Assembly (NCBI RefSeq): GCF_964204645.1 | Contig: NC_134031.1 | Span: 2,604,001-2,668,000, forward strand | DNA from: Tubulanus polymorphus | Taxonomy: Eukaryota; Animalia; Nemertea | DNA: 64,000 bases | Direction of reading: 5' to 3' | The notes under the pieces: model-generated | What the model saw: the letters and a program-made list of their open reading frames with translations, nothing else | Databases searched by the model: none | What the model was told of the DNA's origin: nothing | Made by a program: the position numbers and the translations under genes | Shown here: positions 1-23,300 of the stretch, in pieces | Layout of the letters: each line of letters starts with the position of its first letter | Position numbering within the stretch: position 1 is the stretch's first letter

Positions 1-928
1 GTGCTTAACGAATTAGAAATCGAGTTTGGATAAAAAAATTTGCTTACAAAACCACCAAATTAAATAATTGTTTAAGGCGATAAACAGGACCGGTTTAGGA
101 AGAGTCTGTAGTAATTGTGGTGCGAAAAAGTGATGCAGATGTTCCTTCAAAATATGACATTTTCTCCTTGAGATCTCCCTGCAACGACCTAGTTTAAAAC
201 ATTTGCTCAATTTTATTGCACGGTTATTTATGAAAATATCCAGGTGTTTGTCGTACATTCGAGATGGATTTGATCAACTTGAAGATTATCTTGTAAAACT
301 CAGTAATAGTCGATATGTTTTTAAAACCCCGCCTCAAATTTGAAATATACTAAGAAACTTTGGGAGGGTCGGTCGAGGGAGCGTCGAAGCCACTTATTGG
401 ATCATCGATTCAAAATAAATTTCAGTCCGGGATTTTTTGACTCATATAACATAATTTTAGATGAATATTGTATATGCGAGTTAATTCACGCTGCAGGGCT
501 ACCCACAGTAGAGTGCTGTATCGAGAGCATGAATTGATCAATGATTATTGAAAGCGTTGCCATGTAGACCGGCGGTATATAGACTAGTTAGTGTGTGCAG
601 ATGGTGGCGAGGTATTATAATGGCCGCTCAGCGAGTCTGCACTGGCAAATCTATAAATATTGTATTAGCCACTGTGGAACTAGGATTTAAGCATTATTTC
701 TTTAACGCCGACTATTTTGGCTGCTAAATGATGAAGTGTGTTCTATTCTATGCAGTATCGGCTACATTAAAAGAAGCGCTTTTAAGTTGAATGTTAGACG
801 AATATTAGATCTCGGTATTTTTGGAGTTAAAAATCCACGGTTAACAGTTAATTCTGACAGTTTCAGAGTTTTCACTTCGTTACGTTATTTTCGATCGTTC
901 TATGTTTCAGATTTTATAATTTTTCACG

Positions 929-10813
<9,885 letters not shown>

Positions 10814-13800
10814 GACAGCGCGCGCGTGACCCGTTACTCATGGATGACATGCTCAGTGTGCTTTACCCTAGTCTAATTACAAACATCGTGATGATATGCA
10901 AGTTAACAATAGACAAGTTTAATGTTTGGGAGTTTATGTTTACGCCTATAATCTATTTCATACTTATCACAATTTCCTTTTCGGCAAATCATTTCGAAAT
11001 TGAGACTTTCCGCCGTAGTTTCGAGGTCGTCGTTCACTAACCAGCGACGAGTCTCTTAAGACGAAGCGGATCGAAATCCAGATGACATTGAAATATATTG
11101 CGAAGAAGAGCGCGAAGCTACTATCTCTGTTTAGAATATTTTTTTCCGTAAAAACGAACGATTTCGCGACATATACGACGAGCTTTAACGTAGTAAATTA
11201 ATTTTAGAAGACGAAAAACGAACTGCGGAGTTTGCGCAATACGCGCGTGTCATCGGAATGTAAGATCACTCGCTCTATCGATATTTATTCATTAAAACGA
11301 AAAATAGAGTGTCCACGGCTGCTAGGATCGATCGGAATACAACAACAACAACAACAACGATGACTTCATCGCCGGATTTACGAAACGTCTACGACATCCT
11401 CACCACCACCATCAACACGTCGGACATCACGCAGCAGCAGTAGCAGCAGCAGCAATCATCGGTTTAAACAGGCTACCGATGTTTGATGATTTCGCTCTCA
11501 GGCTGCATTCACTATTGTATTTCTATTCTCGTGTGTGTGTGTGTATTTTGATCAATTCGTCGCACGGCAGTTGAAGAGATATAGATCGGATGGCGTAGAC
11601 ACACCGAACGGCGGATCCGAGCTGCGAAGGTTTTTTACGATCCTAAGCGCGTGACACCTCTTTTTGAGTTTCCGTGTGTGCGTGTGTGCGTGAATGAGTG
11701 TATAATAATATGTGAACATCTCCCATTTACAACAATAGTTTGAATGTGTTACTTGCATTTGCGAAGGCGCGTGAAGTGATAAGGGATTTCACTTCAGCAG
11801 TCGTCGTCCGTCGTCGAGAAGATATAGAAGAAAAAAAAAACAATAACGACCGACCGATCGGTGATTAGATAAACACAACTCTCGCGAGTGAACGAGGAGT
11901 CGGGATCGAGTGTTATGCAATATAAACAAAACGAAACAGGCACCGCGCGGCGCCGCGCTTCCGTGTAGCGCATCGCGCAAAAAAACAAACGAGTCCGTTT
12001 ATAGAAAAAGAAAACACGTGCGACTTAACGAAATACGGGCGGAGGAAAAACTTTAATAAAAAAAAACCGCTACGAACTTTAGTAAACGCGATATCGGGGA
12101 CTCGTTTGGAACGACGAAAAAACACTAACTATCATTATCGGTATGAACGGCGGCGTAGTGTCTGATGATATTGCGACGAAATCAACGACGGGACCATGGT
12201 CGGTTGATCGGAAAATACGAACGACGGTGATATATAAAAACGATGGATACATCTCTTTTTTTTGTACAAAAAAAAATGAATTAATATCAGATGAACGTGA
12301 TCTCGCGTGCGCGCGTGTCGGGTCGCGGCGTCGTGGTGATCGACGGTCGCCGGTTTCGCGCGTTCTCGCGTCGACTTGTCTTCGGCCTTTTGGTAGGGCT
12401 CGCGCGTCGCGATAATAATTTTCGGCGCGGTGCGTTTTTGATTACGTTTTTCGCGTAATCTCGCCCGCGATCGGAAGAGAGAAGTTATTTTCCGGCGCAT
12501 CGAACGTCCGTTCGAACGAAATTTCTCGAGCGCGCCGCCGTCGCCCTCGTAGGTCTCGTCAATTCTTCGCAGACGTGAGAACTTTGTAAAGAATTGCGCC
12601 GCGGGGCGAATACGGCGCGCGCGTCTCGTATCGGTGATTATGACGAGTTTCTTTTTATACGTTTCGATCTTGAAGTCGACGAGTGGACGCGCGAGACAGG
12701 TCACCGTCGATACGAGCGTTCAGTCGACGTACTCGGTACGTGCGCGCGAGTACGTTCAATATGTATGTGTGATTGCGGGTGCGTGTAAGCTTTTACTTGA
12801 TTAATAACGATATATTGGTATATTCGAAAAAAATGATAATTCGATTGTAACGACTAAAATGAATCGCGTGATTCGTTATCGTCGTAGAGCTGATTTAAAA
12901 AAATATTGCAAACTACTGTTCTCTACCCTGGTATATATTCAGGAAAATGTACGCGTTTATGTGGTGTTTTTGGTAATAATACGGCGTCACGGTGACCGAT
13001 CGCGCGGTTGAGTCTCGATCTGAAGTCTTAAGACCGGTCTGAAACTGTTAGAATGGCTATACGGCTTATAGACCGGCGTTAAACCTCTATTAAGACTCGA
13101 CCGTACGAGCGGCTCGTGCGGCTACGCGGATATTCGGGGGGCCGTTCGTAAATTACGTGCGCGCTGATGGGTTGTAGGGGGTTAAAATTATCGACTGATT
13201 TCGAAAATCAGTAAAATTTCATGTCGCGTATTCTACGACCGGTCCCCGATTACGGTAAAACTCGCGCAACCTCGCGCGCGCGCGTAACGGATATGAATTA
13301 TATATAAACGCCTCTATGTAGTATAATTGATGTAAACGACTAACGCTTTAGAATTTACGTATTTTTATCGTCATCGCAATTACGGTTACCGTATTTCCCC
13401 GACCACAAATATTGGTTCAGAGAAAAGAAAAGATTGAAACGTCACGCGGACACCTTCGTCGTCGTTTAATATTACGACTATTATTAGTAATCGCTATTAT
13501 TTATTTGAGTGAATGATAATCATTATATATCTGTGTACACACACTATTTGATATGTTTCTTACGTGTATAATATGCTATTACGAGATCCCGAGTTATTTC
13601 CTGAAGACGCCGACGAAGTTTCCCCGCAACTGTTTCATCATCGTTACGCTAAACGAATGGAACGATTAGAAAAAAAATTGAAACGCGCGCATCATAATCG
13701 TTATATCGACATTAAAAAGAAAAAATACGCGTATGTTACGAATATATAAATATAAATATATTATATATATATATACAGATAGATATTTATTCACCGGTGT

Positions 13801-15430
13801 TTGCTCGGGACGATTTGACGGTCCGTTTCGAGACGAACGGCGGTGAATTTTTTATTCACGGAAATCAGTACGGTACAGTTGCGTGTGTGTATTATATAAG
13901 GTTTTCCATCGATCACCTCTCTCTCTATCTCACACCACTCAGCCAGGTTCGAATCATCGTTATTTATTTATTAAACTTTTTTTTTTCTGGTCGCGAGTTC
14001 GAAGGAGAACGTAGAGAGAACCGCGCGACGCGTCTCCGGGCGGGATGATATTCGGATTTTTCGGGTAGTTATATTAATCGACGGTTTGAAATTTGAACGA
14101 ACTGCGGGGTTTGAAAACGTTCCGCGTTCCGTCGATGTTTATCACCATATCAAACGCCGCGCGTTCGTACGTTGACGTACCGTTATTACATACGTACGTA
14201 CGTACGTGCTCCGTAACTATATTCTATATCGGTGTGCGCCCATTCCAAAATACATCATTAAACGAAGCCTGGCTGATTCGACGCGTAATGGCGTTAACTT
14301 TTTCGTTGATTTCGAAATAGGCGCTTGTTATAGAGAGCGCTGCGTTACCGTCGTAATAAACGATATTCTAGAGCACGAATTATAGATCTCGGTAATCAGT
14401 ACATCAACAATGCGTTAAGTAGTAGTTAATCGTCGGTGGCGCCGGCGAACGTTCGATCCCGTTCGACGGCGTAGCCGACCCCCCGGATAGAGTATCTTCG
14501 ATGTTTTATAATAATGGTCATTCTTATATTGCTACTTAAACTACAAAAAAAAATCTTAGTCATCATCGTTCACACTCGAATACGTGACTTCAATTCAATT
14601 GCTGTCTTGTTAATTTAAAATGTCGGTTTCCCCTAATCTGAGGATATAAACAGAACGCGATTTTTCTTTTTTCGATATAAACGACTTATCATTATTATTA
14701 TATACGCGTGTAATACGTGCACATGATTTATAGATGTTGTTTATTAATTAAAGATCGTCGTCCGTACGGACGGTTGACGTTTGATAGTGTGTCTGTCGAT
14801 ACTGATTATAACGATGATAATATATAAACTGCGATGTGACCGGTCGTTTATTTATAATAAGTAACGGTCTTGTTTGTAAACTGAGCACGCAGATCGGAAT
14901 TCTAATAATCCTTGAATGTATTTCGTTTCGTTTTTTTTTGGAGATTTCGATTTATAGTATATACAATCGGAATGCGAATTCGATTATAATTATTATTATT
15001 ATTATGATGATTATGATTTTTTTGTCGAGAAAATCGGACTGGTAGCTGTCTCTGATAGACGTCGGTAGTAAGAGGCGGTTCCGGGTCGGCTGAATATCTG
15101 CAAAACTGGTATATTTTGTGTGGTAGTCTGTAGCGTTGCTATCATAGCTCTCTCTCTCTCTCTCTATCTTCCTATGTGTATGTTACTAGTGGTTGTATAA
15201 ATGAACGCTATGTAATTTAATGAATGAATAATGACACGATAATAAGAGCAGTTGTGTTTCCTATTACAATTTACAAATTTTTTTTTTTGTTTCGTTTTAT
15301 CCTCAGAATAATGATATATTAAAACAACAAGGACCACCCAGGATCTGATACATACAAAGTCATGTTTTTGTGTAATGTAATTTAAATTTGTCCAATAAAG
15401 CTATTTGTCTTTAATAAGGAATAAAGCCGA
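10814..15430 (+). other. Putative long 3' UTR of GNB
   Basis: Low-complexity, U/A-tract- and CpG-rich sequence with no coding signal. It ends in two AATAAA hexamers (about 15394 and 15420) followed by GT-rich sequence. Earlier AATAAA sites also exist (about 12055 and 14355). Confidence 0.5.
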
Positions 15431-17364
15431 GTTGTGTCTAGTTGATCACTAGAATAGAGTCGGCAGGCTGGCAGAAATGTCGGATACTATGCCTAAAATG
15501 AAATTTATAGGAGGTTTTGATTGGTTTCTGATATCGTAATACTCTTTCAAACCGAAATACTCGCAACATCCAGCATCATCTGTAAACCTGATTGAGATGT
15601 TTTCCCGATTAACAATTCCAGAACTGCGCAGCCCCACGTTCAATCGAAAGCTGCCTATGGGTGGAGCTTGTCTTGGTCGTTCTGCTTATCATTTCATTTC
15701 ATTGACTACGAGTTGGTTATTATCTTATCTGAAAATTGAGAAATTTACCCGCAGGCCTGGACTCTAGTTGTTCCCTTCGACTAGATGGAATTTATCAGCA
15801 TATATTTCAAATTGCTGTAATTTCAGGATGGACAAATTGATTGATCGAAAATGTTGTTTACAGGGTGTGGCGCTTTTAAATAAGGTGTGGTGAATAGAGT
15901 TCATTGATTTAGCGTATATACGACCGGATCGTATGTATCGCGCCCGGTACAAATAAATATATACTGTCTTCTAAATGTCAAAGTTCCCTTCAAGCTGTTG
16001 AATTTCAGCTGATCAATTGGCACCTGTGTGCTATTCCTCAATGTGACGATTTCTTCATTAAGAGACCTATTGAATTAACCTCAGTTTAATTAGACATCTA
16101 TTGAATACGAAGTGGCTTAGAAGATGCTGGGCATCACTTGACTTGAGTTGAGATAGAAAATGGCAGCCGTCTCTAAAATCGATGCCACGACTCTGCCACC
16201 GGCAATGTGAGGACTCTTCCAGATCCCGTCATTTCATTCAACCGTCTAAAATTCCTAATGTTGATTAAGACTCATCGATAGGGCTCAAATTTGATTTTAG
16301 ATTGTTATATAACGGGACCACGCCCTTGCTACAATGGTTTGCGTGCACTAATCAAAATGCCGGTGGCAGATTCAGGCTGTATGTAGTAGTGTTAGTTCCC
16401 TCTCCAGGTGAGGTTGTAAATATCACGTGAGCTTCAACGCTTATATTATGCTAATACGGCCATTTTCATAATAAATCTTACGTCACCCGCGGGCCCTCCG
16501 TTACTGATTGTAGCAGTTGTTTACTGCAGACGGTTCTCGGCGTGAGCGCGTCATCAATTTACGCATGGACGATCAAAAGCGAATCACACGCACTAACCAT
16601 TCGAGAACCGACATTAACAACCAGCCATGAATGTTCCTAATCAATCTACTAAATAAATACGCTATTGATTAATTCCTTTAATTCCTAGAATTTGAAAATG
16701 TCAACGTGTCGAAAGAGATATCGAGAAATTAAACAGCCTCTAGGTGCGTGTCACCCAGATTGTCAGTTCATTCGAGAGAGGTGTTTACGGTAAACCCTGA
16801 CAAATTTATGAAAAATCCCTCAGTAAATCGCGTTCTATCCGAAAAATTACGGAGTCTCAGTCTTGAACAATGTGATTGGCGGGTATATTTTTGTTACTAA
16901 TATACGCGGTCCTGAGGATTACCAGGGTTTGGTTGCCTCCCACAAAGCTCCTTCGCCGTACGTGGTCTAGAGTAGTCTAATGCCCGGCCGGGGGCTTCTC
17001 TCGCATTTAGGCCCGGCTTCACACCGGGTTTTCGATCACTCGGTTTTTGACCACGGCTGGCGGCGACCGTTAATCAAGATTTAATAATTATCACGAATGG
17101 TCCAGTGGCCTTGCGAATGTTTACGCTACACAATTTCATATGTATATTTTTTCTTTGTTCCCGTGGTTCAATAGATTCAGGGATTCGAACTCACACGCGC
17201 AATAAAATGACGCCGTGGTGAAACCTAACTCTGGAGTGAAGCGTTGAGCGCTCGGTCCACGTAAAACCAGGAAGTGAGTGGAATGTATGAAAAAACTTTC
17301 TGAAACTTTTTTTTGTTTTTAATTATCTCGTAATTAGTGTCTGACGACAAAAACATTCGCCACG

Positions 17365-20300
17365 ATGCAGAGAGTTGCAGTTTTTCACCCCTTTTATGGT
17401 AGATTTTGTGTCGCTTTGATGATAATTTGTGGTTTGCAGTTGTCGGCTTCTGAAAATGAAAAAGAAGGTGAGTACGTGATGAACCACACGGCCGACCGAC
17501 GACACAATTTCTCAGCCCAGTGCAGTAGTATTCGGTATAATAGGATATTATGAAATCTCTCTTAGGGAACATGGTCAAAATCTTTTGAGAAGTCGAATTA
17601 TGCGATGCCTATGTCCATTCCTTTGTCAACAAGCATATCAGTTGGTCCGTGTGTCTGTCGTATGTGGACCGGTGTAAATTCAAATTGCTTCCCTCTCACC
17701 CTGTCTTGATGTTGCCTTTGTTGGACCCTGCTGATAATTTCTCTTTTGAAAAGTTTGATAACAACACCAACGGTGAAGTTAAGAGATAGCAATCAGGCGA
17801 TAATTACTAGATTTATAATACCGAACTCATTTAAAGATAGGGCACACATTCGCCAGTGGAGAAGTTTAATTTCATCAATTGACTTTGAAGAATTAGCAGT
17901 GTAGCGCAGGGACGAATAAAACACATATCAATGAACGACCCCAGTATCCCTGTAGGCCTATATATTTTACTTGGATTCTGGGGTTGATCATTGATACTGG
18001 TTTCATGTATTCACTACCAGTATCAATTGTCCCTATGAGAATTAGAATTTCATTGCTGTTTATTCAATGTTGTCTAATCTGACCCACAACCCTAACGCCT
18101 TACATTTCATTTTATTCTAGACAAGTACTCAAAGGCCTGTTGTCGATATTTTTTATTTAAAGGTATCACTTTTGATTTTAGATCTTATTGTTTTTACCGT
18201 GGCAACTGAAAATACCGATGGATTTCAACGATTTATGAGATCGGCCAAAAAATATGATTACAACGTAAAGGTAGGTATCTCGTAGACAGTGTTTTGTGTC
18301 CGTTCATTTATTACATATTCATTTCATGAAAACCCTGAAATCGGTGCTTGCTTAATTTTACAGGTTTTAGGCATGGGTACAGACTGGTTAGGTGGTAATA
18401 TGGAAGGGCTTGGAGGTGGACAGAAAGTAAAGTTACTGTCCGACGCCCTAGAACCGTATAAAGATGATGAAAATCTTTTGGTTATGTTCGTTGACAGGTG
18501 AGTGCACCTGTGTAAAGTATTCTCAAATTTAAAACTACATTCAACCCCCGATATACCGCCCACATCGGTGCAGAACGATTTTGGCGGTATAGAGAGTATG
18601 GCGGTATATCAGGGGGTGTTTTACTATGTATTTGTATTGAGATGTACATTAAGAAAACCTGGCGGTAGGCGGGGGTGGCGGTAAATGGGAGGGCGGTAAA
18701 TGGAAGGGTTGTATATCGGGGTTTGATGAGGACCACATTGTGCAGCTTTCGTAATAGCATTATGATAAAAATTTCAAGCTCATAGATGCAAAATGTGCCA
18801 GAAGTTTTTTGAAACCAGGGATAACCTAAAGAATACGTAATTTCGAATTTCAGTTACGACCTTGTGTTTACCCAAAGTGGCGACGAAATCAAGAAACTAT
18901 TCACGAAAATGGATGCGAAAGTTGTTTTTGGCGCCGAAGATTTCTGTTGGCCCGATCAGAGTCTGATTGTAAGTTCGTTTTGTTCAGTGCAGCATAAATC
19001 TGAAAACAGCGTGAAAACATAACCTACCCTTCTTGATCCACTGTATCATCTTTGATATCGATAATTTTTATAATGACGTCATTTGATAGCGATATTGAAG
19101 ATTGTTATCTATGTACTGTTGTATTTTTATGAGACAACAACGTCAAACACAACAGCAACACTCAGAATAATCTGTTAACATCTTTCAACACGTGCCTCAA
19201 GAAAAACTCCATCCAAATCACTGATAATGACAGTTGATATCTTCAAACTGTTTAAAAAATCTTTATACCGCCTAATATTGTCTGACTAATAATTTTGACA
19301 ACAGAGTGGTCACTTTCCGGATAAAATTTTTTTCATAGCCACATCATTTGAGGAGAACAATCTTTATGGGAAATGCTTCAGCTTTAGACTTGAAAGAAAT
19401 TCCAAAAATTAATCTGATGATTTCCTTTATAGCAAAATTCATGGATGCATCGCTAAGGATATTTCATCTGAATTTTGCGATTGTTTTTTTTTTAGTCGCG
19501 TTACCCTGCAGTGCGAAGCAATGAGAAGAAATATCTCAATTCCGGAGGTTAGTATGTAAAGATGGAATAAAAATCTCAAATTTGGCCCGACCCTAATTTT
19601 AGCACCAGACAAATGATTGCGTTTGAATTGCAACTAGCATCGGAAATGATCCACTTCGCTTTGTTTGAGCATTGTTTAGTATCGAGTGAATAGTTTGCGT
19701 GTGAGCGCGCTCTCTAATTAGGCACGGGCCAAATTTGGCCCGAGTCTGATCGGTGCCAATTTGGCCCGGGCCAAATCGTCTCCGTGTGATCGCGGCTTAT
19801 TTTATGGCGCACGAGCTTTCGCTACTAATGTGATCACCTGATGAAGCCAGAACTAGAATAAACAGAACTAGCCATAAAAACAACAAGTGTAACCATAGAA
19901 ACAACAAAACAACAAAATTCTAAACAATGAATGATTAGATGTTTTGTTACAAAGTAGATTTGAAGGGGGATGAAGATTGCAGGTTTCAATTTGATGAGTT
20001 CATGGGATTAGATTTGATTGTGGGACTTCTTCATTCATGAGATTGCGTTGTTTAATTTCGTCGGTTTGATATTTTCACTGGTATGTATTTTTCAGGGTTT
20101 ATCGGGTACGCGTCGACTATTTATCAAATCGTCACTAATTCACCGATTGACGACGATGAGGATGACCAGTTGTATTATACTCGTATATTTCTGGACGAGG
20201 ATTCGAGGGTGAGTGGAATTCTCTTTCCCCACTGAGCATCACTCGATTTCCTTATAAACTTTTCCTTATATATAGAAAATGCTTTTAAAGCCGCTTGAAA

Positions 20301-23300
20301 CCCCTTTAATTTGAGCAAAATGCCCAAAACTCCTTTAAAAACCTTTTGATATGATATGATATTATTTATTTTCTCCACAAAAAAGTTTTTTGATGATTAA
20401 CAATATATATTGAATGGTTGATTAACAATATGGAGAGGGACACCAAGCAAGCTTTAAAGCTGTACACAGCTACAAGTGCTGAGGCGAGGTGCCCCAGTGA
20501 ATATAGGCAATTTGAATAATAGGCAATTAGCAATGTCTGTAGTTTGTACCTAAATCAGTACAGTTGGAATCCAGGATTTTTTTAACCCGATTAGGAGGTT
20601 ACCGCATTAGAAGCTGAGTTCAAGGTACCGTGTATAGGATAGAAATTTTTGGATATGAAAGTGATGCAGACAATTCCTCGAAATATGAAATTTTCTCCTT
20701 AAAAACTCCTGAAATGGCCGGGAATCTGTTGGGACCTTGTAATAAGCCTATTCGAGGTTTCTTTTACCTCTGTCAAAACGTCGATCAACATTTCCTAGAC
20801 ATGAGAATTTTATCAAGGAATGATTTGCTGGTTAATTATATCTCTTCTCCATTTTAAATCACAGGACCAACTAAAAATCAAACTCGACACGAAGGCAGAA
20901 ATCTTTCAGAATCTAAACGGAGCTTTAGGTGGGTAATATTTTTGTCGATGCTTGAAAAAGTTTCGTTTGAAATTTCGATCGCGCGTTAGTTTTATTCTTT
21001 TTAATGTTTATTCAACAGATGAAGTGACTCTGAAATTTAAAGGCGAAAATGGATTTTTGTATAATACTAGAACTGGTTCGACTCCTGTCGTTATTCATGG
21101 AAATGGACCAATAAAGGTGGGTGATTTTTCATTTCTTTTATGGAGTAGATTTTGTTGGATCTGATTAAATTCGAAGATAAATGTTGTACACTGTTTGCTG
21201 TTTCTTCTCAGTTGCTACGTACTATGAGTTATCTCGTAATTGGCAATGAAATATCATGGTCAGCTAACATTCACAATGGACCAATGAGCATTGAGAATGA
21301 AGCATAGTTTGTTCACATTGCCAGCCAATCAGGAACTGTGTCATTCCCGTTAGCCAAAGAGCAAATATCGAACAGTGAATGTGAAAGATCAGCTATAAAT
21401 AAGATAACACGTAGCTGATTCTTCACAAATCTACCCTTTTCCAACAAAGCGCCCATTTCTATTCTCAAGTCCATCCCCTTCAAAGAATCTTAGATGTCCT
21501 GTTGTAACCGTACCATCCAACTGGAATGTGACTTAGAATGAAGTTGGTTCAAGAAGAACCAACTGGAGTGAACCGTAGAAAGCAAAATGAATTCCGCTTT
21601 AAGTTGTTACATCGAACTGGTTTATATTTGACTCGTTTCAGCCTGAGTTCAACCGATTGACGAATTACCTGGCTAAATCGTGGACTCCCGTCTACAACTG
21701 TCTCGTTTGCAAGGAAGAGAAAATAAGTCTGAAAGGTTTAAAGGTAGTGAAGAAAGAACGAACGATTGAGTTCTTTCGTGTTATCGTACCTTGATGTAAA
21801 AATGTGGAAAAATCTGGGGAAAACTATTTGAGCAAAATGTGAAAAATCCCTGTGTGTGATTGTTATGAAAACAGTCAATTTGTGAGGATTTGAAAAATGT
21901 GAAAATTCCAGAGTTCATCAATCCCGACTACGTGTATTTATGAGTTTTACTAGGTTTTTTATGTGAATATTTGTGTATTTCTAGGAGGAGGATTACCCAA
22001 CCGTACAGATTTCTATTTTCATCGAATTTCCGACGCCGTTCCTTGATATTTTCTTTCAACGACTGGTTGATTTAATTTATCCCAAGTCAAAAATAGATAT
22101 CTTTCTCCATTGCAAGGTATAGTATTAAAACTATCATAAGACAGGCCTGATGATTGATGATGTTCAATTGCTTTAAAGATCATTTTATAAAGAGACATTT
22201 TAGTTGATATTTGGCTCGTGTTTTTTAAGGTCCATCATCCATCATAATTTTGTAATCTTATGTACAGCGCTAGGGCCACTGACCAGAAAAACAGGGAAAA
22301 CTCTATAAAGAAATTCAAGGAAAACTCGGGGAATTTGAAAAATTTTATAGCGTGTTTCTTAATCAATACGTGATAAAATGGAAAAAAAATGAATGAATTG
22401 TTACATTTAAAACCTAGAAATTTCACTTGCGGGGAATTTTGTGAAATCATCGAAAATCAGGGAAAACTCATGGCGATTTTCAAATGGGCAGAAAGTGGGT
22501 GCACCCTGTTAGAGCCTTAAGGCTTTGAGTCTAGAAATACGACACACTATCACGAGTACTAATAATAGTCTCCCAATCTAGGGATTTACGAGAAATAATT
22601 ATAACTTATATGATATAATTGATCATTTACAACTCTTCCAATGTCGGAGATTTATTCATCACGTTTTATAGTTCGTCATCACTTTCTCTTGTTTTCGACA
22701 GATTCGAAAACAAATGGATGTCGTCAATAAATTCATGGAAGATCATAAACCGGAGTATAATTCATTCACGGTTGTCGATTATGAAGGAGAAACCGCCGAA
22801 GAAACCGCTCGTAATAAAGCTGTGTGAGTATGCAGGGTCCCTACAACTCCTTGAATCCTTGAAAACTCCTTGATTTTTGAATATATTTTTCAAGGTCCTT
22901 GAAAATCCTTTAATTTTGAGAAATATCCATAAACTCCTTGAAACTCCTTAAATTCTGGGAAAGTCCTGGGAAGGTCCTTTTCAGAAGACAGTGTATTCTA
23001 TTATTCTTCATTGTGTGACTTGTGAGTGAAAGTTGTTTCACTTTGAGATTTAAAACATTTAAACATGTAAAACCAAAACGGCACACTCAACAACTGATCA
23101 AAATTTGAGAAAAACATGGATTTTGTTTTTGAATTTTCGACTTTTTTTCCTTATATATGACCGCGAAAACCTCCTTGAATTTTGAAAATTACTCCTTGTA
23201 AATTCCTTGAAAAGTCCTTGAATTCTGGATACCAGGAATTGTAGGAACCTTGGTATGACTGAAAAACTGCTTTGAATTCATTGAAATATCCATAGACTTG

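Noticed and set aside
12135-12704. 189-aa Arg-rich minus-strand ORF
   Set aside because: It reflects CpG-rich low-complexity composition in the putative GNB 3' UTR and has no recognisable domain.
19492-19799. PLOD exon 5 as an exonised MITE end (weak match to the TIR-like ccgtgtgatcgcggctta at about 19783)
   Set aside because: Only about half the bases match, and the exon encodes the conserved YP..K.LNSGG motif, so the similarity is coincidental.
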